From contig NC_086097.1 in NCBI RefSeq assembly GCF_963921235.1, forward strand, positions 78,122,001 through 78,186,000: a stretch of 64,000 bases of DNA, read 5' to 3'. Positions 52,511-63,528 of the stretch are shown piece after piece; within the stretch, counting starts at the first letter, position 1; every line of letters starts with the position of its first letter. A program made the position numbers and the translations under genes. The notes under the pieces are model-generated. The model searched no databases, had not been told where the DNA came from, and was given only the letters and a program-made list of their open reading frames with translations. The DNA comes from Mobula hypostoma (lineage: Eukaryota).

Positions 52511-55500
52511 CATCACCATCATCATCAAGTGCCGTGCCCACTTTGAGCTTTGACTGCCATGGCCCACACACACTTGTTTTGGGTCATGTGGATCAATTCA
52601 TTGGTATTCGTTTCCAGTTCTCTGGCTGCTGTCTCCATCATCATTTGTCTTTGTCTTCCTCTTGCTTCCTTCCCTTCAGTCTATCCCATAATTACCGTGC
52701 ATTCTAACTCCTCTTTCTTAATCACATGTCCAATGAAGTTACGTTGCCTTTTCATGATCTCATACATTGTTTCTCTTTTTGTGCTTGCTCTGTTCATGAA
52801 ATCCTCGTTAGATATTTGTTTTGTCCATGATATTCTTTGCATTCTCCTCAAAAACCACATTTCTGCTGCTTCAATTCGATTCCTCATGTTACTAGATATT
52901 GTCCAACATTCTGAGCCATAACATAACTGGATAAACGTAACATTTCAGTACTCTGAGGTGGGTTGTCATGCCTAGTTTAGTATTGGTCAGTATACTCTTC
53001 ATTCTTGTAAAGGTGTCTTTTGCCATCCCTATTCTTCTTTTGATGTCCATATCGCACCTGCCATCTGATCTCACCCAGCTTCCTAAGTAGCAAAAGTTCT
53101 GTACTTGTTTTATGTCTTCCCTATCTATTCTCAGCCTGCAGATAGAATTCTCCTCCTTTTTGGATATCACCATACATTCTGTCTTTTTGCAATTGATAGA
53201 TAGACCCATTTTTGCACTTTGTTCAACAATTATATCAATTAAGTTTTGCAGTTCTTTCTCCGTACTTGCAATTAACATAGTGTCACCTGCATATCTGAAA
53301 TTGATGTTTTCACCACCAACTTTGATTCCCAAGATGTCTCTTATTTTTTGTAATATTGTTTCACTGTACACATTAAATAAATCAGGGGAGAAAACATACC
53401 CTTGTCTAATGCCTTTCTTGATTTTTGTAAACTGACTCACTTCTCCATCTATTCTTACAGTGGCAGTTTGTTCCCTATACAGATTTCTGATTAAGCGGAG
53501 GTCTTTTGAATCTAGATCCAGAGTTCTCTGTAATACTTCAAATAACTTATTGTGCTTCACTTTAGCAAATGCTTTTGTGTAGTCGATAAAACAAACAAAC
53601 AAATCTTTTTGCACTTGAATAGCTCATTCTGATAATAACCTTAACATCAATATTGCGTTTCTTGTACCTTTGTCTTTCACAAAACCATATTGTTCTTTAC
53701 CTATTTCAGCATGTATCTTACTTTTAGCTCTTAGAAGCTATATCACCAAGATACTTCAAAATTCTTGGTGATAGAAACCATAGAAACCATAGAAACTACA
53801 GCACAGAAACAGGCCCTTTGGCCCTTCTTGGCTGTGCCGAACCATTTTCTGCCTAGTCCCACTGACCTGCACATGGACCATATCCCTCCATACACCTCCC
53901 ATCCATGTATCTGTCCAATTTATTCTTAAATGTTAAAAAAGAACCCACATTTACCACCTCGTCTGGCAGCTCATTCCATACTCCCACCACTCTCTGTGTG
54001 AAGAAGCCCCCACTAATGTTCCCTTTAAACATTTCCCCCCTCACCCTTAACCCATGTCCTCTGGTTTTTTTCTCCCCTTGCCTCAGTGGAAAAAGCCTGC
54101 TTGCATTCACTCGATCTATACCCATCATAATTTTATATACTTCTATCAAATCTCACCTCATTCTTCTACGCTCCAGGGAATAAAGTCCTAACCTATTCAA
54201 CCTTTCTCTGTAACTGAGTTTCTCAAGTCCCGGCAACATCCTTGTAAACCTTCTCTGCACTCTTTCAACCTTATTTATATCCTTCCTGTAATTTGGTGAC
54301 CAAAACTGAACACAATACTCCAGATTCGGCCTCACCAATGCCTTATACAACCTCATCATAACATTCCAGCTCTTATACTCAATACTTCGATTAATAAAGG
54401 CCAATGTACCAAAAGCTCTCGTTATGACCCTATCTACATGTGACGACACTTTTAGGGAATTTTGTATCTGTATTCCCAGATCCCTCTGTTCCACTGCATT
54501 CCTCAGTGCCTTACCATTAACCCTGTATGTTCTACGTTGGTTTGTCCTTCCAACGTGCAATACCTCACACTTGTCAGTATTAAACTCCATCTGCCATTTT
54601 TCAGCCCATTTTCCCAGCTGGTCCAAGTCCCTCTGCAGGCTCTGAAAACCTTCCTCACTGTCTACTACACCTCCAAACTTTGTATCATCAGCAAACTTGC
54701 TGATCCAATTTACCACATTATCATCCAGATCATTGATATAGATGACAAATAACAATGGACCCAGCACTGATCCCTGTGGCACACCACTAGTCACAGGCCT
54801 CCACTCAGAGAAGCAATTCTCTACCACCACTCTCTGGCTTCTTCCATCGAGCCAATGTCTAATCCAATTTACCACCTCTCCATGTATACCTAGCGACTGA
54901 ATTTTCCTAACTAACCTCCCATGCGGGACCTTGTCAAAGGTCTTACTGAAGTCCATGTAGACAATATCCACTGCCTTCCCTTCATCCACTTTCCTGGTAA
55001 CCTCCTCAAAAAACTCCAACAGATTGGTCAAACATGACCTACCATGCACAAAGCCATGTTGACTCTCCCTAATAAGCCCCTGTCTATCCAAATGCTTGTA
55101 GATTCTGTCTCTTAGTACTCCCTCCAATAATTTACCTACTACTGATGTTAAACTCACTGGCTTATAATTTCCCGGATTACTTTTCGATCCTTTTTTAAAC
55201 AACGGAACAACATGAGCCACTCTCCAATCCTCCGGCTCTTCACTCATAGACAGCGACATTTTAAATATTTCTGCCAGGGCCCCCGCAATTTCAACACTAG
55301 TCTCCTTCAAGGTCCGAGGGAACATTCTGTCAGGTCCCGGGGATTTATCCACTTTAATTTTCCTCAAGACAACAAGCACCTCCTCCTTTTCAATCTGTAC
55401 AGTTTCCATGGTCTCACTACTTGATTCCCTCAATTCCACAGATTTCATGCCAGCTTCCTTAGTAAATACAGACGCAAAAAACCTATTTAAGATCTCCCCC

Positions 55501-57828
55501 ATTTCCTTTGGTTCCGCACAAAGCCGACCACTCTGATCTTCAAGAGGACCAATTTTATCCCTTACAATCCTTTTGCTCTTAATATACTTGTAAAAGCTCT
55601 TTGGATTATCCTTCACTTTGACTGCCAAGTCTTCTTTTTGCCCTCCTGATTTCTTTCTTAAGTATATGACTCATGATATGACTCATTAAACTTATGGTCC
55701 TATGTAATTCACATTCTATTGCTCCAGGTTTCTTAGGAAGAGTGATAAATACTGATTTCTTCATCTCTTCTGGTAATATCCCAGTCTCATAAATGTTATT
55801 GATTAAATCAGTAACTATTTCAATTCCATAATCTTCAAGGGCGATAATTTGTTCTATTACTAATTCATCAGGACCTGCTGCCTTTCCTTTCTTCATCTTA
55901 TTTATTGCATTACGAACTTCAGATTGTAAAATACTTGGACCTTTAATGTTTTTCTTAATTTCTGGTTTTTCACCTCGATCGTCTTCAAACAATTCCCGAA
56001 TATACTCATTCCATCTGTTCAAAATCTCATCTTTTTCCATGATAATGGTACCGTCCTTTGCTTTCAAACATCCACCTGAAGAACAGAGCTTTTCACCAGT
56101 GATATTCTTGATTTGTTGATGTAACCTTTTTGGATCAGTGATAGGGATTCTTTCTATTTGCTCACATTCCTGGTTTAACCATTCTTCTTTGGCTTTTTGA
56201 CATGAGCTTTTAGCTTTTTTATCTAAGGACTTATATTCTGTAGGATTTGCTTTCTTCTGTCTCCTTTCTTCCATTAGATTTTTGATTTCATCTGTCATCC
56301 ATTTATTCTTTGTGCTTTTTTCTTTTTTAGGAATCACTGACATTGCTGATTCTACCAAGACATCCTTTAGAGAGTTAAATTTCATTTCTGCATGATTGCT
56401 ATCATCTTCAACAGGTTCTATTTCTAGACTTTGAAATCTATTCCTTACTTCAATTGTAAATTTTTGTCTTACATTTTCTTCTTTAATTAATTGCAAGTAG
56501 TCAAGGGATTGTTAAGGTTTTTGCTTCTTTGGTTTTTTAAGTTTTACTTTTACATGACATACTACTGGGTTATGGTCACTATTAAAGTCTGCACCTGGAT
56601 ATGTTTTGCATTGAGTTACTGAGTTTCTAAATCTTTGGTTTATAGTAATAAAGTCAATTTGATTTCTAGTGTTATCACCTGGACTTTTCCCGGTCCACAA
56701 ATGCCTTGGATGGTTTTTAAAGTAGGTATTCATAATGACCTGATTATTTATCTTGCACCATTCTACCCATTTCTCACCTCTTTCATTTCCTTCCCCAAAT
56801 TTTCCTAGGGTATTTCCATCAGCACCTTGTCCTACTATAGTATTTTGATCTCCCATGACAATAACAATATCTTGAGATTTGCATCCATTCTTTGCTTGTT
56901 CAAGCTCTTCGTAGAATTTATCTATATCCTCATTTGTTCCATCTGTTGTTGGTGCATATGCCTGTATAATTGCTAAATCAAATGGTTGTCTTTTGAATCT
57001 AACAAGGAGCACTCTTTCTGATATTGCCCTATGTCCTAAAACACTTTTTGCCATGTTTTCATCCATAAGAATTCCTACTCCATTAGTATGGGATGTTCCA
57101 CAAGAATAAATTAGTGTTTTATTTCTATTCTGACATGTTCCAGCACCTATCCAATGAACTTCACTAATTCCCATGATGTTAATCTTTAGTCCTTCCATTT
57201 CATTTATCACATTGTCCAATCTTCCTGCTTGATATAGGGTTCTTACATTCCAAGTGGCAATAATTTTCTATTGTGCTTCTTGAATTTTTTGAGCAGCAGC
57301 TTGATGACGGTCGGGGATCCCCTGCTGACCAGAATCAATCCTATCGAGCGAAACATTTTCAGAATTATCTTGAAGATCCTCTTGACATTGTTGTTGTGTG
57401 ATACATTTTGTGAGTTTGACCATGGTTTTCTTAGCAAATAGAATCTAGGAAACCTAGTATCTAGCAACGGTGGTTTGCTATTGCCTACAGTTGGGCGAAC
57501 TAAAGAAATCGCCATTTCTCTTCCCAAATGTTCATCCGCCTCTCCTATAGCTTCCCAAATGTTCATCCGCCTCTCCTATAGCCGTTGACATTTGAGGTCC
57601 TAGCTCATCTGCCTTCTCCGTCATAAGTTCAGTTACTGAACCTGCCAAATCTGCTGCTGGCCTTCGCTCATATCCTGAGCAGGAACCCTTGCAGGTGCTA
57701 CCATTCCAGGTCAGAGCTGCCCTGGGAGTAATGAATGACTAAGGGGTAACTCCACTTTCCCCAAAGCTCTGAAAGTCCCCAATCAGAGCCTCATCACCAG
57801 TTGCAGTTTAGAGTCATACCCAGGACTA
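52511..57828 (-). mobile_element. Near full-length RTE LINE (5' UTR, EN, RT, (GAT)n tail), split by a CR1
   Basis: ORF 56512-57219 (GISEVHW, QAYAPT, NQIDFI, SDH), ORF 55606-56496 (KAAGPD, HRTISLMSH), ORF 52892-53614 (FIDYTKAF, GIRQG..FSPDLFN, FCYLGS); tail catcaccatcatcatc at 52511-52526. Confidence 0.92.
53772..55664 (-). mobile_element. Young 5'-truncated CR1 LINE inserted in the RTE
   Basis: Open 491-aa ORF 54153-55628 with a complete RT (GVPQGSVLGP, KFADD) plus ORF 53853-54149 after a single stop; (GGTTTCTAT)n tail. Confidence 0.95.
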
Positions 57829-58251
57829 CTGATATCAAAGAACATTTTGTTTTAGTTTCAGGGAAATTAGATAATAAGTTAATGGTTTTTGCTCATTTGC
57901 ATGCCCCAAATATAGATGATCCAGGCTTTTTTGAATGTTTTTGTTTCACTTTTATCAAATTTAAGTTTAAGTTTATATTCTTTGGTTTTAGGAGGAGACT
58001 TCATCTGTTGTTTAGATCCTGTTTTAGATCGTTCTTCTTCTAAATGATTGACTTGTAGTAGATCTGCCTCCTTTATCCAATCTTTTCTAATGAAATGTGA
58101 TATTATTGATGTTTGGCGTAATGTGATATTATTGATGTTTGGCGTATTTTTGCATCCAACAGATAAACTCATTTTTTTCTCATGTTCATCATACGCATTC
58201 CAGGATTGATTATTTTTTTGTTGATAGCCAATTGATTCCATTGGTTCAATC
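57829..58251 (+). mobile_element. L1 ORF2 endonuclease fragment, antisense to the flanking RTE and SLC9C1 copy
   Basis: FVLVSGKLDNK..HAPNIDDPGFF, GGDF, LDPVLDRSS, IDVWR, FFSHVHHTHSRIDYFFVDSQLIPLVQS; includes a 26-bp tandem duplication at 58094-58145. Confidence 0.85.
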
Positions 58252-58447
58252 CCAATTCTTTTATTGCCTCTTGATAATTTCTCTCCACAATACTTCTCAG
58301 TTGCTGAGAGATCACTTTTTGGTCTGGAATGTGATCAATAAGATTACTAACATCCTCTTCTCCTACAATATATCCTTTTCCAATACCACATCCAAAGCAG
58401 AGTTGTTTGTTTAGCTTTTAGTTGAGAAGATGTATGAAGGATGGTAA

Positions 58448-58570
58448 CAGGAAAGGAATGGAGGGTTATGGGCTGAGTGCAGGTCGGTAGCACTAGGTGA
58501 GAGTAAGAGTTCGGCACGGACTAGAAGGGCCGAGATGGCCTTTTTCCGTACTGTGATTGTTATATGGTTA
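58448..58570 (+). mobile_element. Short CR1 3'-end insertion within the SLC9C1 copy
   Basis: Close match to the reverse complement of 63530-63663; removing it restores LLKII-LPSFIHLLN. Confidence 0.88.
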
Positions 58571-60179
58571 TATAATCTTTAAAAGCTGAAGAACCCTGGC
58601 AAGGTGTATCAAGCTGAAAATTCGAACCATACGAACCTTGTACTCACTACGATCAAAGAATTGATCAACTATGACATCAGCTGCTGCTAATGTGATGATG
58701 AATAGGTCAAACAGATTCCAATGATCAAGGAAATAGGATTTACGCACAGCAAGAATCTTCATAAGTGCTTCTGTTTATACATATTATGAAGAAAACATAA
58801 TTGGTCATTTGCAGTTCCAGAGCATACTGTATATTCATTTTGGGATGCATTCCAGGATGATTGGGAAGATATTTAGGATTACCAGTACATGAAAAACATT
58901 CAAATGCACTGTTGTATACCATACAATGACAATATTTTGAAATTCTGCCTTTGTATGGCTTGTATTTGTCCACTTTGACATTATACATCCAGTCTTTCAG
59001 CTTTTTCCTGATGGTAACATAAATTCCTTTGAGATCCCAGTGTTTCTTCACATCTATTACAGTCATAAATCTTCTGGAATCAATCATGTTCTCGGTGATA
59101 CTAATCAGCGTACGTGCAGCTTGACGGTTTAGCATATCAGCACTATATTGCCGCCAGTAACTTGTCTTTTAAGCCTTTAAAAGGCATATTTTGGCTTCTT
59201 CCATCATGTCATCTATCTCACGGAGGGAAGGCTCCCATGGAATATTTTTTTCACAGTCAGGGCAATGAACTGCTTTAGTGCTTGGCAAAATTTCATCAAT
59301 TTGAACATTTTTTTGTGACATTTGTATGGGTCATCAATTTGCACAACTTTTTCTGCAATTACCCGGTTTGCATCTACCAGGAATCTATCCATTTTCAATA
59401 AAGAAAATCTGTTGGCCTGACTTTCTCTGATACGCTGAATTGCACCGTACATAGCCATGCATTTAGGGGCTGGAATATCTCGAAGGCCCAAGGTATCGAT
59501 AATCCATTCCATGGCGGTGCCATTGATTAGCAGTGTCAATAATACAGACCCCAATACATGCAGCAATATCTTGTTTCTGACATTCACTTCATCAGGTCCT
59601 TCCAAATGATATGCCATAAGAGATAAACTTAGAGTGAAAGCACCTTTTGTACCACTTCAGATGCAAACAGCTCCCCAGCGCCAATTGAAACCATAGCCCA
59701 GATGTTTTAACAATAGTGCCAAGCCCACGATAATTATCAAGCGTATATTATTTATTCCAAACTAAAGTACAATAATGAAAAAGCCATCAGTGATGGACAT
59801 ATGTTCCAATGTTTTTTGTGATATGACAACTCCAACAATCATGAAGATGAGAGAATTTCCTAGATATGTTAGCATTTCCCAAGAGCGCAATAAGAACACC
59901 TCAGTCTTTGGGCTGAAACTCACTGTTTCCATAAAGAGCCCCATAAATGTAACAGATATCACACCCAATATACCAACCCATTCACCGACATGGAACGCTA
60001 TGTAAGTATTTGCCAAACTGATCGTTATCTCCATTACCCCATCATTAAAGACATAGGTTAGGCAAAACATGGTGATTTTGACCATTATATATCCAAATAC
60101 TGGGCTTACAAACACCTTTAGCATCAGTCTTATAGCAAGTTCAACAGCTTCAACATCATGTGGTTCAAGAGCAAGTTCT

Positions 60180-61118
60180 AATGAAATTGAAATTTTAATT
60201 CAAAAAGGGAAAATGAAAAAATTTAGTTCTTGTATGTATAATTTGATTCAAAAACAGACAAAGAATCCATAAACAAGGAATCCATAAGTCAAAACAAAAA
60301 TGGGAAACAGATCTGAATATTAATATTGATGAAACAAATTGGTCAAGACTGTGTCTTGACAGTATGACAAATACAATAAATGTTCGACTTAGATTAGTAC
60401 AATATAACTTTTTACACCAATTATATATTACACCACAAAAAATAAATAGATTAAATTCAAATCTATCTGATAAATGCTTTCGGTGTAATCAAGAAATTGG
60501 TACTTTCTTACATTCTACTTGGTCTTGTTTTGAAATTCAACCCTTTTGGATAAATTTAAGAGTCTTATTGGAACAAATTACTGGAACTCAACTTCCACAT
60601 AACCCTGTATTATTTCTACTAGGTGATATTGAAGGGATAAAGCCGAAACTTAAATTGAATAAATATCAGAAAGAATTTATGAAAATTGCATTGGCAGTAG
60701 CTAAGAAGACTATAGCAGTTACTTGGAAATCTGATTCGTATTTAAGTATGAATCGTTGGAACAATGAAATGGCTAGTTCTATTCCACTTGAAAAAATTAC
60801 TTATAATTTGAGATAAATATGAAACATTTTTGAATATTTGGCGCCCTTATTTACAAAAGATAGGATGGCATATTTAATTGCTCCGATAAAGATCTTGGTC
60901 CCTTGGGGAAACTAACGAATAAGTATACTAAACTTATTTTGAATCCCATGGAGCATGTGGAAACCTTCCAATACCCAGGCGGTTCTTTTTTTCTTTCTTT
61001 CTTTTCTTTTTTAGGTAGGACTATATATGGAGGGGGAGGGTTAAGGGGAGGGGGAGGAGGGTAGATATTATCTTTCCATGTATTCATTTTGAAAACTTAA
61101 TAAAAATTATATTAAAAA
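60180..61118 (+). mobile_element. 5'-truncated L1 with 13-bp TSD inserted in the SLC9C1 copy
   Basis: ORF 60364-60816 with CFRC...FLHSTWSC; AATAAA + A tail; TSD aagagcaagttct at 60167-60179 and 61119-61131; removal restores FEVF*ELALEPHDVE. Confidence 0.95.
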
Positions 61119-61802
61119 AAGAGCAAGTTCTCAAAAGACTTCAAACATGGCAATAGCAGTTCCATCATTCAGCAATGATTCCCCTTCAATCAATAGAGTA
61201 AGCATTTTCGATGCACCTAGTTTCTAAGCAGAGCGACAGCTGTAATAGGGTCAGTGCAGGCAAGCATTGACCCAAACGTCACACCAACGTGCCAATCCCA
61301 GTTGAATGTGTAAACCTTGACAGCCAAAACAGCAATCATTGCAGCACTCAGGACCAAACCGGGACCAGCCAAAAGCACCACCTGGGAAAGTGACTTCAAA
61401 AATACGTGAGATTCAATTTCAAATGCACTGCTGAATATCAAAACTCGCATAAATGTATGAATAAGCAGCAATGGGTCAATTTGTGCAATGATTTCCCTGT
61501 ACCTTTGCACCAATGTATACTTGGTACTTAATGTTCCAAAAGCAATACCGAATATGTAGAGAACTACAGTGTGTGGAAGTTTTACTCCCTTTAGCAGAGT
61601 TCTGATCACAGCTCCGAATAGAAGAGTTCCAAAGATGAAGAGAATGATGTGAGACAGATCTTGAGCGATGATTCTGAAGTTGCTACCTTTAAACCCCAAA
61701 TGTGCCATAAGCGGGAGTCGTGGACATGTTGCTCAATTTAACACTTGTCGTGGCATACTCTGGGCGTAGATATTGATCAAGTGAATATAGTCACACACTG
61801 TT

Positions 61803-61958
61803 AGGGATTCCTATTTACTCAATGAATTTAAGAAGGACATAAAGAGATGCCTAGTCTCAAAATTCATCAAGGACAATGAGGAGAGAGCAGAGATATGATA
61901 TTGATATCAGCCATTTTGTATTGAATTGCAGAACAGATTGAATGCCCCACTCCTGCTC
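61803..61958 (+). mobile_element. Old CR1 3' fragment, right half
   Basis: NEFKKDIKRCL followed by tcagccat...attgaattgcagaacaga...ctcctgctc CR1-type 3' UTR. Confidence 0.7.
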
Positions 61959-61959
61959 A

Positions 61960-62725
61960 TAAGATGGCACCAGAGGTTTCTGCAGACCTGGACCTTCCAG
62001 TTTGTCTGCAAAACAGTTTTATTTCTTCTCTTTTAATGATTTTTCAAGGTGGTTGGGGTCCTGTCGGCGTCCAGGATCTATAGCTGCAATCAAACTGCAG
62101 TTCTTCACGATGATGTATTCTTGCTCTCAGAGTTTGCCGAGCAGCCTGGTGTTTTTCAATATCTCCAGGTATGGCTTGGAAGACGTGCACCCTCAGTGTG
62201 CAGTCCTGTGAACAACCTGATTCCTCGCTGGTGTGGCCGACTGAAGTATCCCAGGAGATTAAAACATCGAGACAGCAGTGTAGGTTGCCGTCAAAATAAG
62301 TTATGCTACAGATTGTAACATTGAAACAACAAGCTGTTTGTCTCCCTCATGCTTTGGCAGGAGAAAAATCTCTCACTCCTTCGTTAGTGAGAGAGTGAGA
62401 GCCTGTCTGAGATATTGAAGTGTTGGGATGGCTTTTGATGGAATCTAGATCACTGGGGGGTGGGGGGCTTTGTTCTTGTTTGCATGATGGGTGGTGGAGG
62501 ATGATGCTTTTGTGCTTTTACTGGGGCAAATATGGATAAGGGAGAGACATTGATTGATGCTTTTCTGCTTTTGTGCATGGGAGGTGGGAAGGGGGATTTG
62601 GGGATCTAACATTTTCTGTCATTCATTCTTTGAGATTGTTCTCTCTGCTTTGTGGATGTTTGTGAAGAGTAAGGATTTCAGGTTGTATACTTACACATTC
62701 TTTAATACTAGATTGAACCTTTGAC
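61960..62725 (+). mobile_element. Non-autonomous retroposon related to 905-1736
   Basis: Starts taagatggcac, has a GA-rich then G-rich middle, ends atttcaggttgtatac...tgaacctttga. Confidence 0.5.
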
Positions 62726-63528
62726 CATAGAAATATTTTCATATTTCTATGTTTCTATTATTGCTCATTAACGGATGATATTTAATTTTAAGAAGGAATG
62801 AGATTTTAGAGTAAATTATTTTGAATTAAAACACTCATAAATAACTCAAAATTTCCAAAGAAATGAAATGGATATGCCACAAAAATATTGAAAATTTGGA
62901 GGGAAAATACAAATATAAATGTACAAGGGTTAATTTTCACACTCATCAGAGAAGTGTACTTTCATTCTGGACACAAACCTTCTGGTTTCCACTTGAATTA
63001 AATTTAATTAAGTTAAAATCTGAGAATTTCTATATTGAGTGGGCAAGTTACTCTATTAATTTACTGAACAAATGGTGAAAGTTATTAAATCACTAAGAAC
63101 TTGAAAAATAGGGTGGATTACCCATAATTTGAAGGATTGGTTCCAAAATAAGCAATCTGCAGAATCCACAGGACATAGCAGACATGAACTCACATTTCAT
63201 GGAAAAGTGTTAACTATTTTTCATACAGTTTTCAAAGAGACTAAAGAGCAACCCAAACTGTGTGAACTCCATGGACTGAAATGATGGAAGAGTGATATAT
63301 TACAATGTAATCCCATGACTCTTTTGATGCTCATCAGATAATCTTTTGCCTACGTCAATTGTGAAAAGTGGGAATCCTGCCAAGGAGAGCAGAGATGCTT
63401 GCATCAGTTGAAAGAAACAGATTTATACAGGAAGCTCTATTAATTGTGAGATTTCTAGTTGAGACAAAATAATGGCTAATTTCAAAGCAGATGAATTAAA
63501 TCGGCATGTAGCTTTCATTAGAAGAACA

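Larger units (their letters stand above)
58252..61791 (-). pseudogene. SLC9C1: Processed (intronless) pseudogene of an SLC9C1-like sperm voltage-gated Na+/H+ exchanger; 5' complete, lacks CNBD/C-terminus
   Basis: Contiguous CPA1 domain (LPHTVVL, IDPLLLIH, TDPITAVALL, LIEGESLLNDG, EITISLA, WEMLTYLGNSLIF, LTLLINGT), cytosolic helices (SYWRQY...AARTL), voltage sensor (HWNLFDLFI, RMVRIFSLIHLARVLQLLK) and KGYIVGEEDV...AIKELG, with no introns. Frameshift ~61218; stops at 61131-61133, 59762-59764, 59657-59659 and 58418-58420; two TE insertions. The SLC9C1 versus SLC9C2 label needs phylogeny. Confidence 0.9.

Noticed and set aside
60180..61118. Possible intron in the SLC9C1 copy
   Set aside because: It is an antisense L1 with a 13-bp TSD and no GT-AG ends.
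58252..61708. Functional SLC9C1 gene or genomic exons
   Set aside because: No introns, several in-frame stops and frameshifts, L1 and CR1 insertions in the CDS, and no CNBD.
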